This document shows positions 10,001-22,000 of a DNA stretch of 35,319 nt, piece by piece. The stretch lies in the NCBI GenBank assembly GCA_000004985.1, contig GG739307.1, one strand, 5' to 3'. The DNA is from Naegleria gruberi (taxonomy: Eukaryota). A program made the translations under genes and the position numbers. A model generated the notes under the pieces. That model was not told the DNA's origin. It did no database searches and saw nothing but the letters and a program-made list of their open reading frames with translations. How positions within the stretch are numbered: the first letter of the stretch is position 1; each line of letters opens with the position of its first letter.

Positions 10001-13000
10001 NNNNNNNNNNNNNNNNNNNNNNNNNNNNNNNNNNNNNNNNNNNNNNNNNNNNNNNNNNNNNNNNNNNNNNNNNNNNNNNNNNNNNNNNNNNNNNNNNNNN
10101 NNNNNNNNNNNNNNNNNNNNNNNNNNNNNNNNNNNNNNNNNNNNNNNNNNNNNNNNNNNNNNNNNNNNNNNNNNNNNNNNNNNNNNNNNNNNNNNNNNNN
10201 NNNNNNNNNNNNNNNNNNNNNNNNNNNNNNNNNNNNNNNNNNNNNNNNNNNNNNNNNNNNNNNNNNNNNNNNNNNNNNNNNNNNNNNNNNNNNNNNNNNN
10301 NNNNNNNNNNNNNNNNNNNNNNNNNNNNNNNNNNNNNNNNNNNNNNNNNNNNNNNNNNNNNNNNNNNNNNNNNNNNNNNNNNNNNNNNNNNNNNNNNNNN
10401 NNNNNNNNNNNNNNNNNNNNNNNNNNNNNNNNNNNNNNNNNNNNNNNNNNNNNNNNNNNNNNNNNNNNNNNNNNNNNNNNNNNNNNNNNNNNNNNNNNNN
10501 NNNNNNNNNNNNNNNNNNNNNNNNNNNNNNNNNNNNNNNNNNNNNNNNNNNNNNNNNNNNNNNNNNNNNNNNNNNNNNNNNNNNNNNNNNNNNNNNNNNN
10601 NNNNNNNNNNNNNNNNNNNNNNNNNNNNNNNNNNNNNNNNNNNNNNNNNNNNNNNNNNNNNNNNNNNNNNNNNNNNNNNNNNNNNNNNNNNNNNNNNNNN
10701 NNNNNNNNNNNNNNNNNNNNNNNNNNNNNNNNNNNNNNNNNNNNNNNNNNNNNNNNNNNNNNNNNNNNNNNNNNNNNNNNNNNNNNNNNNNNNNNNNNNN
10801 NNNNNNNNNNNNNNNNNNNNNNNNNNNNNNNNNNNNNNNNNNNNNNNNNNNNNNNNNNNNNNNNNNNNNNNNNNNNNNNNNNNNNNNNNNNNNNNNNNNN
10901 NNNNNNNNNNNNNNNNNNNNNNNNNNNNNNNNNNNNNNNNNNNNNNNNNNNNNNNNNNNNNNNNNNNNNNNNNNNNNNNNNNNNNNNNNNNNNNNNNNNN
11001 NNNNNNNNNNNNNNNNNNNNNNNNNNNNNNNNNNNNNNNNNNNNNNNNNNNNNNNNNNNNNNNNNNNNNNNNNNNNNNNNNNNNNNNNNNNNNNNNNNNN
11101 NNNNNNNNNNNNNNNNNNNNNNNNNNNNNNNNNNNNNNNNNNNNNNNNNNNNNNNNNNNNNNNNNNNNNNNNNNNNNNNNNNNNNNNNNNNNNNNNNNNN
11201 NNNNNNNNNNNNNNNNNNNNNNNNNNNNNNNNNNNNNNNNNNNNNNNNNNNNNNNNNNNNNNNNNNNNNNNNNNNNNNNNNNNNNNNNNNNNNNNNNNNN
11301 NNNNNNNNNNNNNNNNNNNNNNNNNNNNNNNNNNNNNNNNNNNNNNNNNNNNNNNNNNNNNNNNNNNNNNNNNNNNNNNNNNNNNNNNNNNNNNNNNNNN
11401 NNNNNNNNNNNNNNNNNNNNNNNNNNNNNNNNNNNNNNNNNNNNNNNNNNNNNNNNNNNNNNNNNNNNNNNNNNNNNNNNNNNNNNNNNNNNNNNNNNNN
11501 NNNNNNNNNNNNNNNNNNNNNNNNNNNNNNNNNNNNNNNNNNNNNNNNNNNNNNNNNNNNNNNNNNNNNNNNNNNNNNNNNNNNNNNNNNNNNNNNNNNN
11601 NNNNNNNNNNNNNNNNNNNNNNNNNNNNNNNNNNNNNNNNNNNNNNNNNNNNNNNNNNNNNNNNNNNNNNNNNNNNNNNNNNNNNNNNNNNNNNNNNNNN
11701 NNNNNNNNNNNNNNNNNNNNNNNNNNNNNNNNNNNNNNNNNNNNNNNNNNNNNNNNNNNNNNNNNNNNNNNNNNNNNNNNNNNNNNNNNNNNNNNNNNNN
11801 NNNNNNNNNNNNNNNNNNNNNNNNNNNNNNNNNNNNNNNNNNNNNNNNNNNNNNNNNNNNNNNNNNNNNNNNNNNNNNNNNNNNNNNNNNNNNNNNNNNN
11901 NNNNNNNNNNNNNNNNNNNNNNNNNNNNNNNNNNNNNNNNNNNNNNNNNNNNNNNNNNNNNNNNNNNNNNNNNNNNNNNNNNNNNNNNNNNNNNNNNNNN
12001 NNNNNNNNNNNNNNNNNNNNNNNNNNNNNNNNNNNNNNNNNNNNNNNNNNNNNNNNNNNNNNNNNNNNNNNNNNNNNNNNNNNNNNNNNNNNNNNNNNNN
12101 NNNNNNNNNNNNNNNNNNNNNNNNNNNNNNNNNNNNNNNNNNNNNNNNNNNNNNNNNNNNNNNNNNNNNNNNNNNNNNNNNNNNNNNNNNNNNNNNNNNN
12201 NNNNNNNNNNNNNNNNNNNNNNNNNNNNNNNNNNNNNNNNNNNNNNNNNNNNNNNNNNNNNNNNNNNNNNNNNNNNNNNNNNNNNNNNNNNNNNNNNNNN
12301 NNNNNNNNNNNNNNNNNNNNNNNNNNNNNNNNNNNNNNNNNNNNNNNNNNNNNNNNNNNNNNNNNNNNNNNNNNNNNNNNNNNNNNNNNNNNNNNNNNNN
12401 NNNNNNNNNNNNNNNNNNNNNNNNNNNNNNNNNNNNNNNNNNNNNNNNNNNNNNNNNNNNNNNNNNNNNNNNNNNNNNNNNNNNNNNNNNNNNNNNNNNN
12501 NNNNNNNNNNNNNNNNNNNNNNNNNNNNNNNNNNNNNNNNNNNNNNNNNNNNNNNNNNNNNNNNNNNNNNNNNNNNNNNNNNNNNNNNNNNNNNNNNNNN
12601 NNNNNNNNNNNNNNNNNNNNNNNNNNNNNNNNNNNNNNNNNNNNNNNNNNNNNNNNNNNNNNNNNNNNNNNNNNNNNNNNNNNNNNNNNNNNNNNNNNNN
12701 NNNNNNNNNNNNNNNNNNNNNNNNNNNNNNNNNNNNNNNNNNNNNNNNNNNNNNNNNNNNNNNNNNNNNNNNNNNNNNNNNNNNNNNNNNNNNNNNNNNN
12801 NNNNNNNNNNNNNNNNNNNNNNNNNNNNNNNNNNNNNNNNNNNNNNNNNNNNNNNNNNNNNNNNNNNNNNNNNNNNNNNNNNNNNNNNNNNNNNNNNNNN
12901 NNNNNNNNNNNNNNNNNNNNNNNNNNNNNNNNNNNNNNNNNNNNNNNNNNNNNNNNNNNNNNNNNNNNNNNNNNNNNNNNNNNNNNNNNNNNNNNNNNNN

Positions 13001-16000
13001 NNNNNNNNNNNNNNNNNNNNNNNNNNNNNNNNNNNNNNNNNNNNNNNNNNNNNNNNNNNNNNNNNNNNNNNNNNNNNNNNNNNNNNNNNNNNNNNNNNNN
13101 NNNNNNNNNNNNNNNNNNNNNNNNNNNNNNNNNNNNNNNNNNNNNNNNNNNNNNNNNNNNNNNNNNNNNNNNNNNNNNNNNNNNNNNNNNNNNNNNNNNN
13201 NNNNNNNNNNNNNNNNNNNNNNNNNNNNNNNNNNNNNNNNNNNNNNNNNNNNNNNNNNNNNNNNNNNNNNNNNNNNNNNNNNNNNNNNNNNNNNNNNNNN
13301 NNNNNNNNNNNNNNNNNNNNNNNNNNNNNNNNNNNNNNNNNNNNNNNNNNNNNNNNNNNNNNNNNNNNNNNNNNNNNNNNNNNNNNNNNNNNNNNNNNNN
13401 NNNNNNNNNNNNNNNNNNNNNNNNNNNNNNNNNNNNNNNNNNNNNNNNNNNNNNNNNNNNNNNNNNNNNNNNNNNNNNNNNNNNNNNNNNNNNNNNNNNN
13501 NNNNNNNNNNNNNNNNNNNNNNNNNNNNNNNNNNNNNNNNNNNNNNNNNNNNNNNNNNNNNNNNNNNNNNNNNNNNNNNNNNNNNNNNNNNNNNNNNNNN
13601 NNNNNNNNNNNNNNNNNNNNNNNNNNNNNNNNNNNNNNNNNNNNNNNNNNNNNNNNNNNNNNNNNNNNNNNNNNNNNNNNNNNNNNNNNNNNNNNNNNNN
13701 NNNNNNNNNNNNNNNNNNNNNNNNNNNNNNNNNNNNNNNNNNNNNNNNNNNNNNNNNNNNNNNNNNNNNNNNNNNNNNNNNNNNNNNNNNNNNNNNNNNN
13801 NNNNNNNNNNNNNNNNNNNNNNNNNNNNNNNNNNNNNNNNNNNNNNNNNNNNNNNNNNNNNNNNNNNNNNNNNNNNNNNNNNNNNNNNNNNNNNNNNNNN
13901 NNNNNNNNNNNNNNNNNNNNNNNNNNNNNNNNNNNNNNNNNNNNNNNNNNNNNNNNNNNNNNNNNNNNNNNNNNNNNNNNNNNNNNNNNNNNNNNNNNNN
14001 NNNNNNNNNNNNNNNNNNNNNNNNNNNNNNNNNNNNNNNNNNNNNNNNNNNNNNNNNNNNNNNNNNNNNNNNNNNNNNNNNNNNNNNNNNNNNNNNNNNN
14101 NNNNNNNNNNNNNNNNNNNNNNNNNNNNNNNNNNNNNNNNNNNNNNNNNNNNNNNNNNNNNNNNNNNNNNNNNNNNNNNNNNNNNNNNNNNNNNNNNNNN
14201 NNNNNNNNNNNNNNNNNNNNNNNNNNNNNNNNNNNNNNNNNNNNNNNNNNNNNNNNNNNNNNNNNNNNNNNNNNNNNNNNNNNNNNNNNNNNNNNNNNNN
14301 NNNNNNNNNNNNNNNNNNNNNNNNNNNNNNNNNNNNNNNNNNNNNNNNNNNNNNNNNNNNNNNNNNNNNNNNNNNNNNNNNNNNNNNNNNNNNNNNNNNN
14401 NNNNNNNNNNNNNNNNNNNNNNNNNNNNNNNNNNNNNNNNNNNNNNNNNNNNNNNNNNNNNNNNNNNNNNNNNNNNNNNNNNNNNNNNNNNNNNNNNNNN
14501 NNNNNNNNNNNNNNNNNNNNNNNNNNNNNNNNNNNNNNNNNNNNNNNNNNNNNNNNNNNNNNNNNNNNNNNNNNNNNNNNNNNNNNNNNNNNNNNNNNNN
14601 NNNNNNNNNNNNNNNNNNNNNNNNNNNNNNNNNNNNNNNNNNNNNNNNNNNNNNNNNNNNNNNNNNNNNNNNNNNNNNNNNNNNNNNNNNNNNNNNNNNN
14701 NNNNNNNNNNNNNNNNNNNNNNNNNNNNNNNNNNNNNNNNNNNNNNNNNNNNNNNNNNNNNNNNNNNNNNNNNNNNNNNNNNNNNNNNNNNNNNNNNNNN
14801 NNNNNNNNNNNNNNNNNNNNNNNNNNNNNNNNNNNNNNNNNNNNNNNNNNNNNNNNNNNNNNNNNNNNNNNNNNNNNNNNNNNNNNNNNNNNNNNNNNNN
14901 NNNNNNNNNNNNNNNNNNNNNNNNNNNNNNNNNNNNNNNNNNNNNNNNNNNNNNNNNNNNNNNNNNNNNNNNNNNNNNNNNNNNNNNNNNNNNNNNNNNN
15001 NNNNNNNNNNNNNNNNNNNNNNNNNNNNNNNNNNNNNNNNNNNNNNNNNNNNNNNNNNNNNNNNNNNNNNNNNNNNNNNNNNNNNNNNNNNNNNNNNNNN
15101 NNNNNNNNNNNNNNNNNNNNNNNNNNNNNNNNNNNNNNNNNNNNNNNNNNNNNNNNNNNNNNNNNNNNNNNNNNNNNNNNNNNNNNNNNNNNNNNNNNNN
15201 NNNNNNNNNNNNNNNNNNNNNNNNNNNNNNNNNNNNNNNNNNNNNNNNNNNNNNNNNNNNNNNNNNNNNNNNNNNNNNNNNNNNNNNNNNNNNNNNNNNN
15301 NNNNNNNNNNNNNNNNNNNNNNNNNNNNNNNNNNNNNNNNNNNNNNNNNNNNNNNNNNNNNNNNNNNNNNNNNNNNNNNNNNNNNNNNNNNNNNNNNNNN
15401 NNNNNNNNNNNNNNNNNNNNNNNNNNNNNNNNNNNNNNNNNNNNNNNNNNNNNNNNNNNNNNNNNNNNNNNNNNNNNNNNNNNNNNNNNNNNNNNNNNNN
15501 NNNNNNNNNNNNNNNNNNNNNNNNNNNNNNNNNNNNNNNNNNNNNNNNNNNNNNNNNNNNNNNNNNNNNNNNNNNNNNNNNNNNNNNNNNNNNNNNNNNN
15601 NNNNNNNNNNNNNNNNNNNNNNNNNNNNNNNNNNNNNNNNNNNNNNNNNNNNNNNNNNNNNNNNNNNNNNNNNNNNNNNNNNNNNNNNNNNNNNNNNNNN
15701 NNNNNNNNNNNNNNNNNNNNNNNNNNNNNNNNNNNNNNNNNNNNNNNNNNNNNNNNNNNNNNNNNNNNNNNNNNNNNNNNNNNNNNNNNNNNNNNNNNNN
15801 NNNNNNNNNNNNNNNNNNNNNNNNNNNNNNNNNNNNNNNNNNNNNNNNNNNNNNNNNNNNNNNNNNNNNNNNNNNNNNNNNNNNNNNNNNNNNNNNNNNN
15901 NNNNNNNNNNNNNNNNNNNNNNNNNNNNNNNNNNNNNNNNNNNNNNNNNNNNNNNNNNNNNNNNNNNNNNNNNNNNNNNNNNNNNNNNNNNNNNNNNNNN

Positions 16001-19000
16001 NNNNNNNNNNNNNNNNNNNNNNNNNNNNNNNNNNNNNNNNNNNNNNNNNNNNNNNNNNNNNNNNNNNNNNNNNNNNNNNNNNNNNNNNNNNNNNNNNNNN
16101 NNNNNNNNNNNNNNNNNNNNNNNNNNNNNNNNNNNNNNNNNNNNNNNNNNNNNNNNNNNNNNNNNNNNNNNNNNNNNNNNNNNNNNNNNNNNNNNNNNNN
16201 NNNNNNNNNNNNNNNNNNNNNNNNNNNNNNNNNNNNNNNNNNNNNNNNNNNNNNNNNNNNNNNNNNNNNNNNNNNNNNNNNNNNNNNNNNNNNNNNNNNN
16301 NNNNNNNNNNNNNNNNNNNNNNNNNNNNNNNNNNNNNNNNNNNNNNNNNNNNNNNNNNNNNNNNNNNNNNNNNNNNNNNNNNNNNNNNNNNNNNNNNNNN
16401 NNNNNNNNNNNNNNNNNNNNNNNNNNNNNNNNNNNNNNNNNNNNNNNNNNNNNNNNNNNNNNNNNNNNNNNNNNNNNNNNNNNNNNNNNNNNNNNNNNNN
16501 NNNNNNNNNNNNNNNNNNNNNNNNNNNNNNNNNNNNNNNNNNNNNNNNNNNNNNNNNNNNNNNNNNNNNNNNNNNNNNNNNNNNNNNNNNNNNNNNNNNN
16601 NNNNNNNNNNNNNNNNNNNNNNNNNNNNNNNNNNNNNNNNNNNNNNNNNNNNNNNNNNNNNNNNNNNNNNNNNNNNNNNNNNNNNNNNNNNNNNNNNNNN
16701 NNNNNNNNNNNNNNNNNNNNNNNNNNNNNNNNNNNNNNNNNNNNNNNNNNNNNNNNNNNNNNNNNNNNNNNNNNNNNNNNNNNNNNNNNNNNNNNNNNNN
16801 NNNNNNNNNNNNNNNNNNNNNNNNNNNNNNNNNNNNNNNNNNNNNNNNNNNNNNNNNNNNNNNNNNNNNNNNNNNNNNNNNNNNNNNNNNNNNNNNNNNN
16901 NNNNNNNNNNNNNNNNNNNNNNNNNNNNNNNNNNNNNNNNNNNNNNNNNNNNNNNNNNNNNNNNNNNNNNNNNNNNNNNNNNNNNNNNNNNNNNNNNNNN
17001 NNNNNNNNNNNNNNNNNNNNNNNNNNNNNNNNNNNNNNNNNNNNNNNNNNNNNNNNNNNNNNNNNNNNNNNNNNNNNNNNNNNNNNNNNNNNNNNNNNNN
17101 NNNNNNNNNNNNNNNNNNNNNNNNNNNNNNNNNNNNNNNNNNNNNNNNNNNNNNNNNNNNNNNNNNNNNNNNNNNNNNNNNNNNNNNNNNNNNNNNNNNN
17201 NNNNNNNNNNNNNNNNNNNNNNNNNNNNNNNNNNNNNNNNNNNNNNNNNNNNNNNNNNNNNNNNNNNNNNNNNNNNNNNNNNNNNNNNNNNNNNNNNNNN
17301 NNNNNNNNNNNNNNNNNNNNNNNNNNNNNNNNNNNNNNNNNNNNNNNNNNNNNNNNNNNNNNNNNNNNNNNNNNNNNNNNNNNNNNNNNNNNNNNNNNNN
17401 NNNNNNNNNNNNNNNNNNNNNNNNNNNNNNNNNNNNNNNNNNNNNNNNNNNNNNNNNNNNNNNNNNNNNNNNNNNNNNNNNNNNNNNNNNNNNNNNNNNN
17501 NNNNNNNNNNNNNNNNNNNNNNNNNNNNNNNNNNNNNNNNNNNNNNNNNNNNNNNNNNNNNNNNNNNNNNNNNNNNNNNNNNNNNNNNNNNNNNNNNNNN
17601 NNNNNNNNNNNNNNNNNNNNNNNNNNNNNNNNNNNNNNNNNNNNNNNNNNNNNNNNNNNNNNNNNNNNNNNNNNNNNNNNNNNNNNNNNNNNNNNNNNNN
17701 NNNNNNNNNNNNNNNNNNNNNNNNNNNNNNNNNNNNNNNNNNNNNNNNNNNNNNNNNNNNNNNNNNNNNNNNNNNNNNNNNNNNNNNNNNNNNNNNNNNN
17801 NNNNNNNNNNNNNNNNNNNNNNNNNNNNNNNNNNNNNNNNNNNNNNNNNNNNNNNNNNNNNNNNNNNNNNNNNNNNNNNNNNNNNNNNNNNNNNNNNNNN
17901 NNNNNNNNNNNNNNNNNNNNNNNNNNNNNNNNNNNNNNNNNNNNNNNNNNNNNNNNNNNNNNNNNNNNNNNNNNNNNNNNNNNNNNNNNNNNNNNNNNNN
18001 NNNNNNNNNNNNNNNNNNNNNNNNNNNNNNNNNNNNNNNNNNNNNNNNNNNNNNNNNNNNNNNNNNNNNNNNNNNNNNNNNNNNNNNNNNNNNNNNNNNN
18101 NNNNNNNNNNNNNNNNNNNNNNNNNNNNNNNNNNNNNNNNNNNNNNNNNNNNNNNNNNNNNNNNNNNNNNNNNNNNNNNNNNNNNNNNNNNNNNNNNNNN
18201 NNNNNNNNNNNNNNNNNNNNNNNNNNNNNNNNNNNNNNNNNNNNNNNNNNNNNNNNNNNNNNNNNNNNNNNNNNNNNNNNNNNNNNNNNNNNNNNNNNNN
18301 NNNNNNNNNNNNNNNNNNNNNNNNNNNNNNNNNNNNNNNNNNNNNNNNNNNNNNNNNNNNNNNNNNNNNNNNNNNNNNNNNNNNNNNNNNNNNNNNNNNN
18401 NNNNNNNNNNNNNNNNNNNNNNNNNNNNNNNNNNNNNNNNNNNNNNNNNNNNNNNNNNNNNNNNNNNNNNNNNNNNNNNNNNNNNNNNNNNNNNNNNNNN
18501 NNNNNNNNNNNNNNNNNNNNNNNNNNNNNNNNNNNNNNNNNNNNNNNNNNNNNNNNNNNNNNNNNNNNNNNNNNNNNNNNNNNNNNNNNNNNNNNNNNNN
18601 NNNNNNNNNNNNNNNNNNNNNNNNNNNNNNNNNNNNNNNNNNNNNNNNNNNNNNNNNNNNNNNNNNNNNNNNNNNNNNNNNNNNNNNNNNNNNNNNNNNN
18701 NNNNNNNNNNNNNNNNNNNNNNNNNNNNNNNNNNNNNNNNNNNNNNNNNNNNNNNNNNNNNNNNNNNNNNNNNNNNNNNNNNNNNNNNNNNNNNNNNNNN
18801 NNNNNNNNNNNNNNNNNNNNNNNNNNNNNNNNNNNNNNNNNNNNNNNNNNNNNNNNNNNNNNNNNNNNNNNNNNNNNNNNNNNNNNNNNNNNNNNNNNNN
18901 NNNNNNNNNNNNNNNNNNNNNNNNNNNNNNNNNNNNNNNNNNNNNNNNNNNNNNNNNNNNNNNNNNNNNNNNNNNNNNNNNNNNNNNNNNNNNNNNNNNN

Positions 19001-22000
19001 NNNNNNNNNNNNNNNNNNNNNNNNNNNNNNNNNNNNNNNNNNNNNNNNNNNNNNNNNNNNNNNNNNNNNNNNNNNNNNNNNNNNNNNNNNNNNNNNNNNN
19101 NNNNNNNNNNNNNNNNNNNNNNNNNNNNNNNNNNNNNNNNNNNNNNNNNNNNNNNNNNNNNNNNNNNNNNNNNNNNNNNNNNNNNNNNNNNNNNNNNNNN
19201 NNNNNNNNNNNNNNNNNNNNNNNNNNNNNNNNNNNNNNNNNNNNNNNNNNNNNNNNNNNNNNNNNNNNNNNNNNNNNNNNNNNNNNNNNNNNNNNNNNNN
19301 NNNNNNNNNNNNNNNNNNNNNNNNNNNNNNNNNNNNNNNNNNNNNNNNNNNNNNNNNNNNNNNNNNNNNNNNNNNNNNNNNNNNNNNNNNNNNNNNNNNN
19401 NNNNNNNNNNNNNNNNNNNNNNNNNNNNNNNNNNNNNNNNNNNNNNNNNNNNNNNNNNNNNNNNNNNNNNNNNNNNNNNNNNNNNNNNNNNNNNNNNNNN
19501 NNNNNNNNNNNNNNNNNNNNNNNNNNNNNNNNNNNNNNNNNNNNNNNNNNNNNNNNNNNNNNNNNNNNNNNNNNNNNNNNNNNNNNNNNNNNNNNNNNNN
19601 NNNNNNNNNNNNNNNNNNNNNNNNNNNNNNNNNNNNNNNNNNNNNNNNNNNNNNNNNNNNNNNNNNNNNNNNNNNNNNNNNNNNNNNNNNNNNNNNNNNN
19701 NNNNNNNNNNNNNNNNNNNNNNNNNNNNNNNNNNNNNNNNNNNNNNNNNNNNNNNNNNNNNNNNNNNNNNNNNNNNNNNNNNNNNNNNNNNNNNNNNNNN
19801 NNNNNNNNNNNNNNNNNNNNNNNNNNNNNNNNNNNNNNNNNNNNNNNNNNNNNNNNNNNNNNNNNNNNNNNNNNNNNNNNNNNNNNNNNNNNNNNNNNNN
19901 NNNNNNNNNNNNNNNNNNNNNNNNNNNNNNNNNNNNNNNNNNNNNNNNNNNNNNNNNNNNNNNNNNNNNNNNNNNNNNNNNNNNNNNNNNNNNNNNNNNN
20001 NNNNNNNNNNNNNNNNNNNNNNNNNNNNNNNNNNNNNNNNNNNNNNNNNNNNNNNNNNNNNNNNNNNNNNNNNNNNNNNNNNNNNNNNNNNNNNNNNNNN
20101 NNNNNNNNNNNNNNNNNNNNNNNNNNNNNNNNNNNNNNNNNNNNNNNNNNNNNNNNNNNNNNNNNNNNNNNNNNNNNNNNNNNNNNNNNNNNNNNNNNNN
20201 NNNNNNNNNNNNNNNNNNNNNNNNNNNNNNNNNNNNNNNNNNNNNNNNNNNNNNNNNNNNNNNNNNNNNNNNNNNNNNNNNNNNNNNNNNNNNNNNNNNN
20301 NNNNNNNNNNNNNNNNNNNNNNNNNNNNNNNNNNNNNNNNNNNNNNNNNNNNNNNNNNNNNNNNNNNNNNNNNNNNNNNNNNNNNNNNNNNNNNNNNNNN
20401 NNNNNNNNNNNNNNNNNNNNNNNNNNNNNNNNNNNNNNNNNNNNNNNNNNNNNNNNNNNNNNNNNNNNNNNNNNNNNNNNNNNNNNNNNNNNNNNNNNNN
20501 NNNNNNNNNNNNNNNNNNNNNNNNNNNNNNNNNNNNNNNNNNNNNNNNNNNNNNNNNNNNNNNNNNNNNNNNNNNNNNNNNNNNNNNNNNNNNNNNNNNN
20601 NNNNNNNNNNNNNNNNNNNNNNNNNNNNNNNNNNNNNNNNNNNNNNNNNNNNNNNNNNNNNNNNNNNNNNNNNNNNNNNNNNNNNNNNNNNNNNNNNNNN
20701 NNNNNNNNNNNNNNNNNNNNNNNNNNNNNNNNNNNNNNNNNNNNNNNNNNNNNNNNNNNNNNNNNNNNNNNNNNNNNNNNNNNNNNNNNNNNNNNNNNNN
20801 NNNNNNNNNNNNNNNNNNNNNNNNNNNNNNNNNNNNNNNNNNNNNNNNNNNNNNNNNNNNNNNNNNNNNNNNNNNNNNNNNNNNNNNNNNNNNNNNNNNN
20901 NNNNNNNNNNNNNNNNNNNNNNNNNNNNNNNNNNNNNNNNNNNNNNNNNNNNNNNNNNNNNNNNNNNNNNNNNNNNNNNNNNNNNNNNNNNNNNNNNNNN
21001 NNNNNNNNNNNNNNNNNNNNNNNNNNNNNNNNNNNNNNNNNNNNNNNNNNNNNNNNNNNNNNNNNNNNNNNNNNNNNNNNNNNNNNNNNNNNNNNNNNNN
21101 NNNNNNNNNNNNNNNNNNNNNNNNNNNNNNNNNNNNNNNNNNNNNNNNNNNNNNNNNNNNNNNNNNNNNNNNNNNNNNNNNNNNNNNNNNNNNNNNNNNN
21201 NNNNNNNNNNNNNNNNNNNNNNNNNNNNNNNNNNNNNNNNNNNNNNNNNNNNNNNNNNNNNNNNNNNNNNNNNNNNNNNNNNNNNNNNNNNNNNNNNNNN
21301 NNNNNNNNNNNNNNNNNNNNNNNNNNNNNNNNNNNNNNNNNNNNNNNNNNNNNNNNNNNNNNNNNNNNNNNNNNNNNNNNNNNNNNNNNNNNNNNNNNNN
21401 NNNNNNNNNNNNNNNNNNNNNNNNNNNNNNNNNNNNNNNNNNNNNNNNNNNNNNNNNNNNNNNNNNNNNNNNNNNNNNNNNNNNNNNNNNNNNNNNNNNN
21501 NNNNNNNNNNNNNNNNNNNNNNNNNNNNNNNNNNNNNNNNNNNNNNNNNNNNNNNNNNNNNNNNNNNNNNNNNNNNNNNNNNNNNNNNNNNNNNNNNNNN
21601 NNNNNNNNNNNNNNNNNNNNNNNNNNNNNNNNNNNNNNNNNNNNNNNNNNNNNNNNNNNNNNNNNNNNNNNNNNNNNNNNNNNNNNNNNNNNNNNNNNNN
21701 NNNNNNNNNNNNNNNNNNNNNNNNNNNNNNNNNNNNNNNNNNNNNNNNNNNNNNNNNNNNNNNNNNNNNNNNNNNNNNNNNNNNNNNNNNNNNNNNNNNN
21801 NNNNNNNNNNNNNNNNNNNNNNNNNNNNNNNNNNNNNNNNNNNNNNNNNNNNNNNNNNNNNNNNNNNNNNNNNNNNNNNNNNNNNNNNNNNNNNNNNNNN
21901 NNNNNNNNNNNNNNNNNNNNNNNNNNNNNNNNNNNNNNNNNNNNNNNNNNNNNNNNNNNNNNNNNNNNNNNNNNNNNNNNNNNNNNNNNNNNNNNNNNNN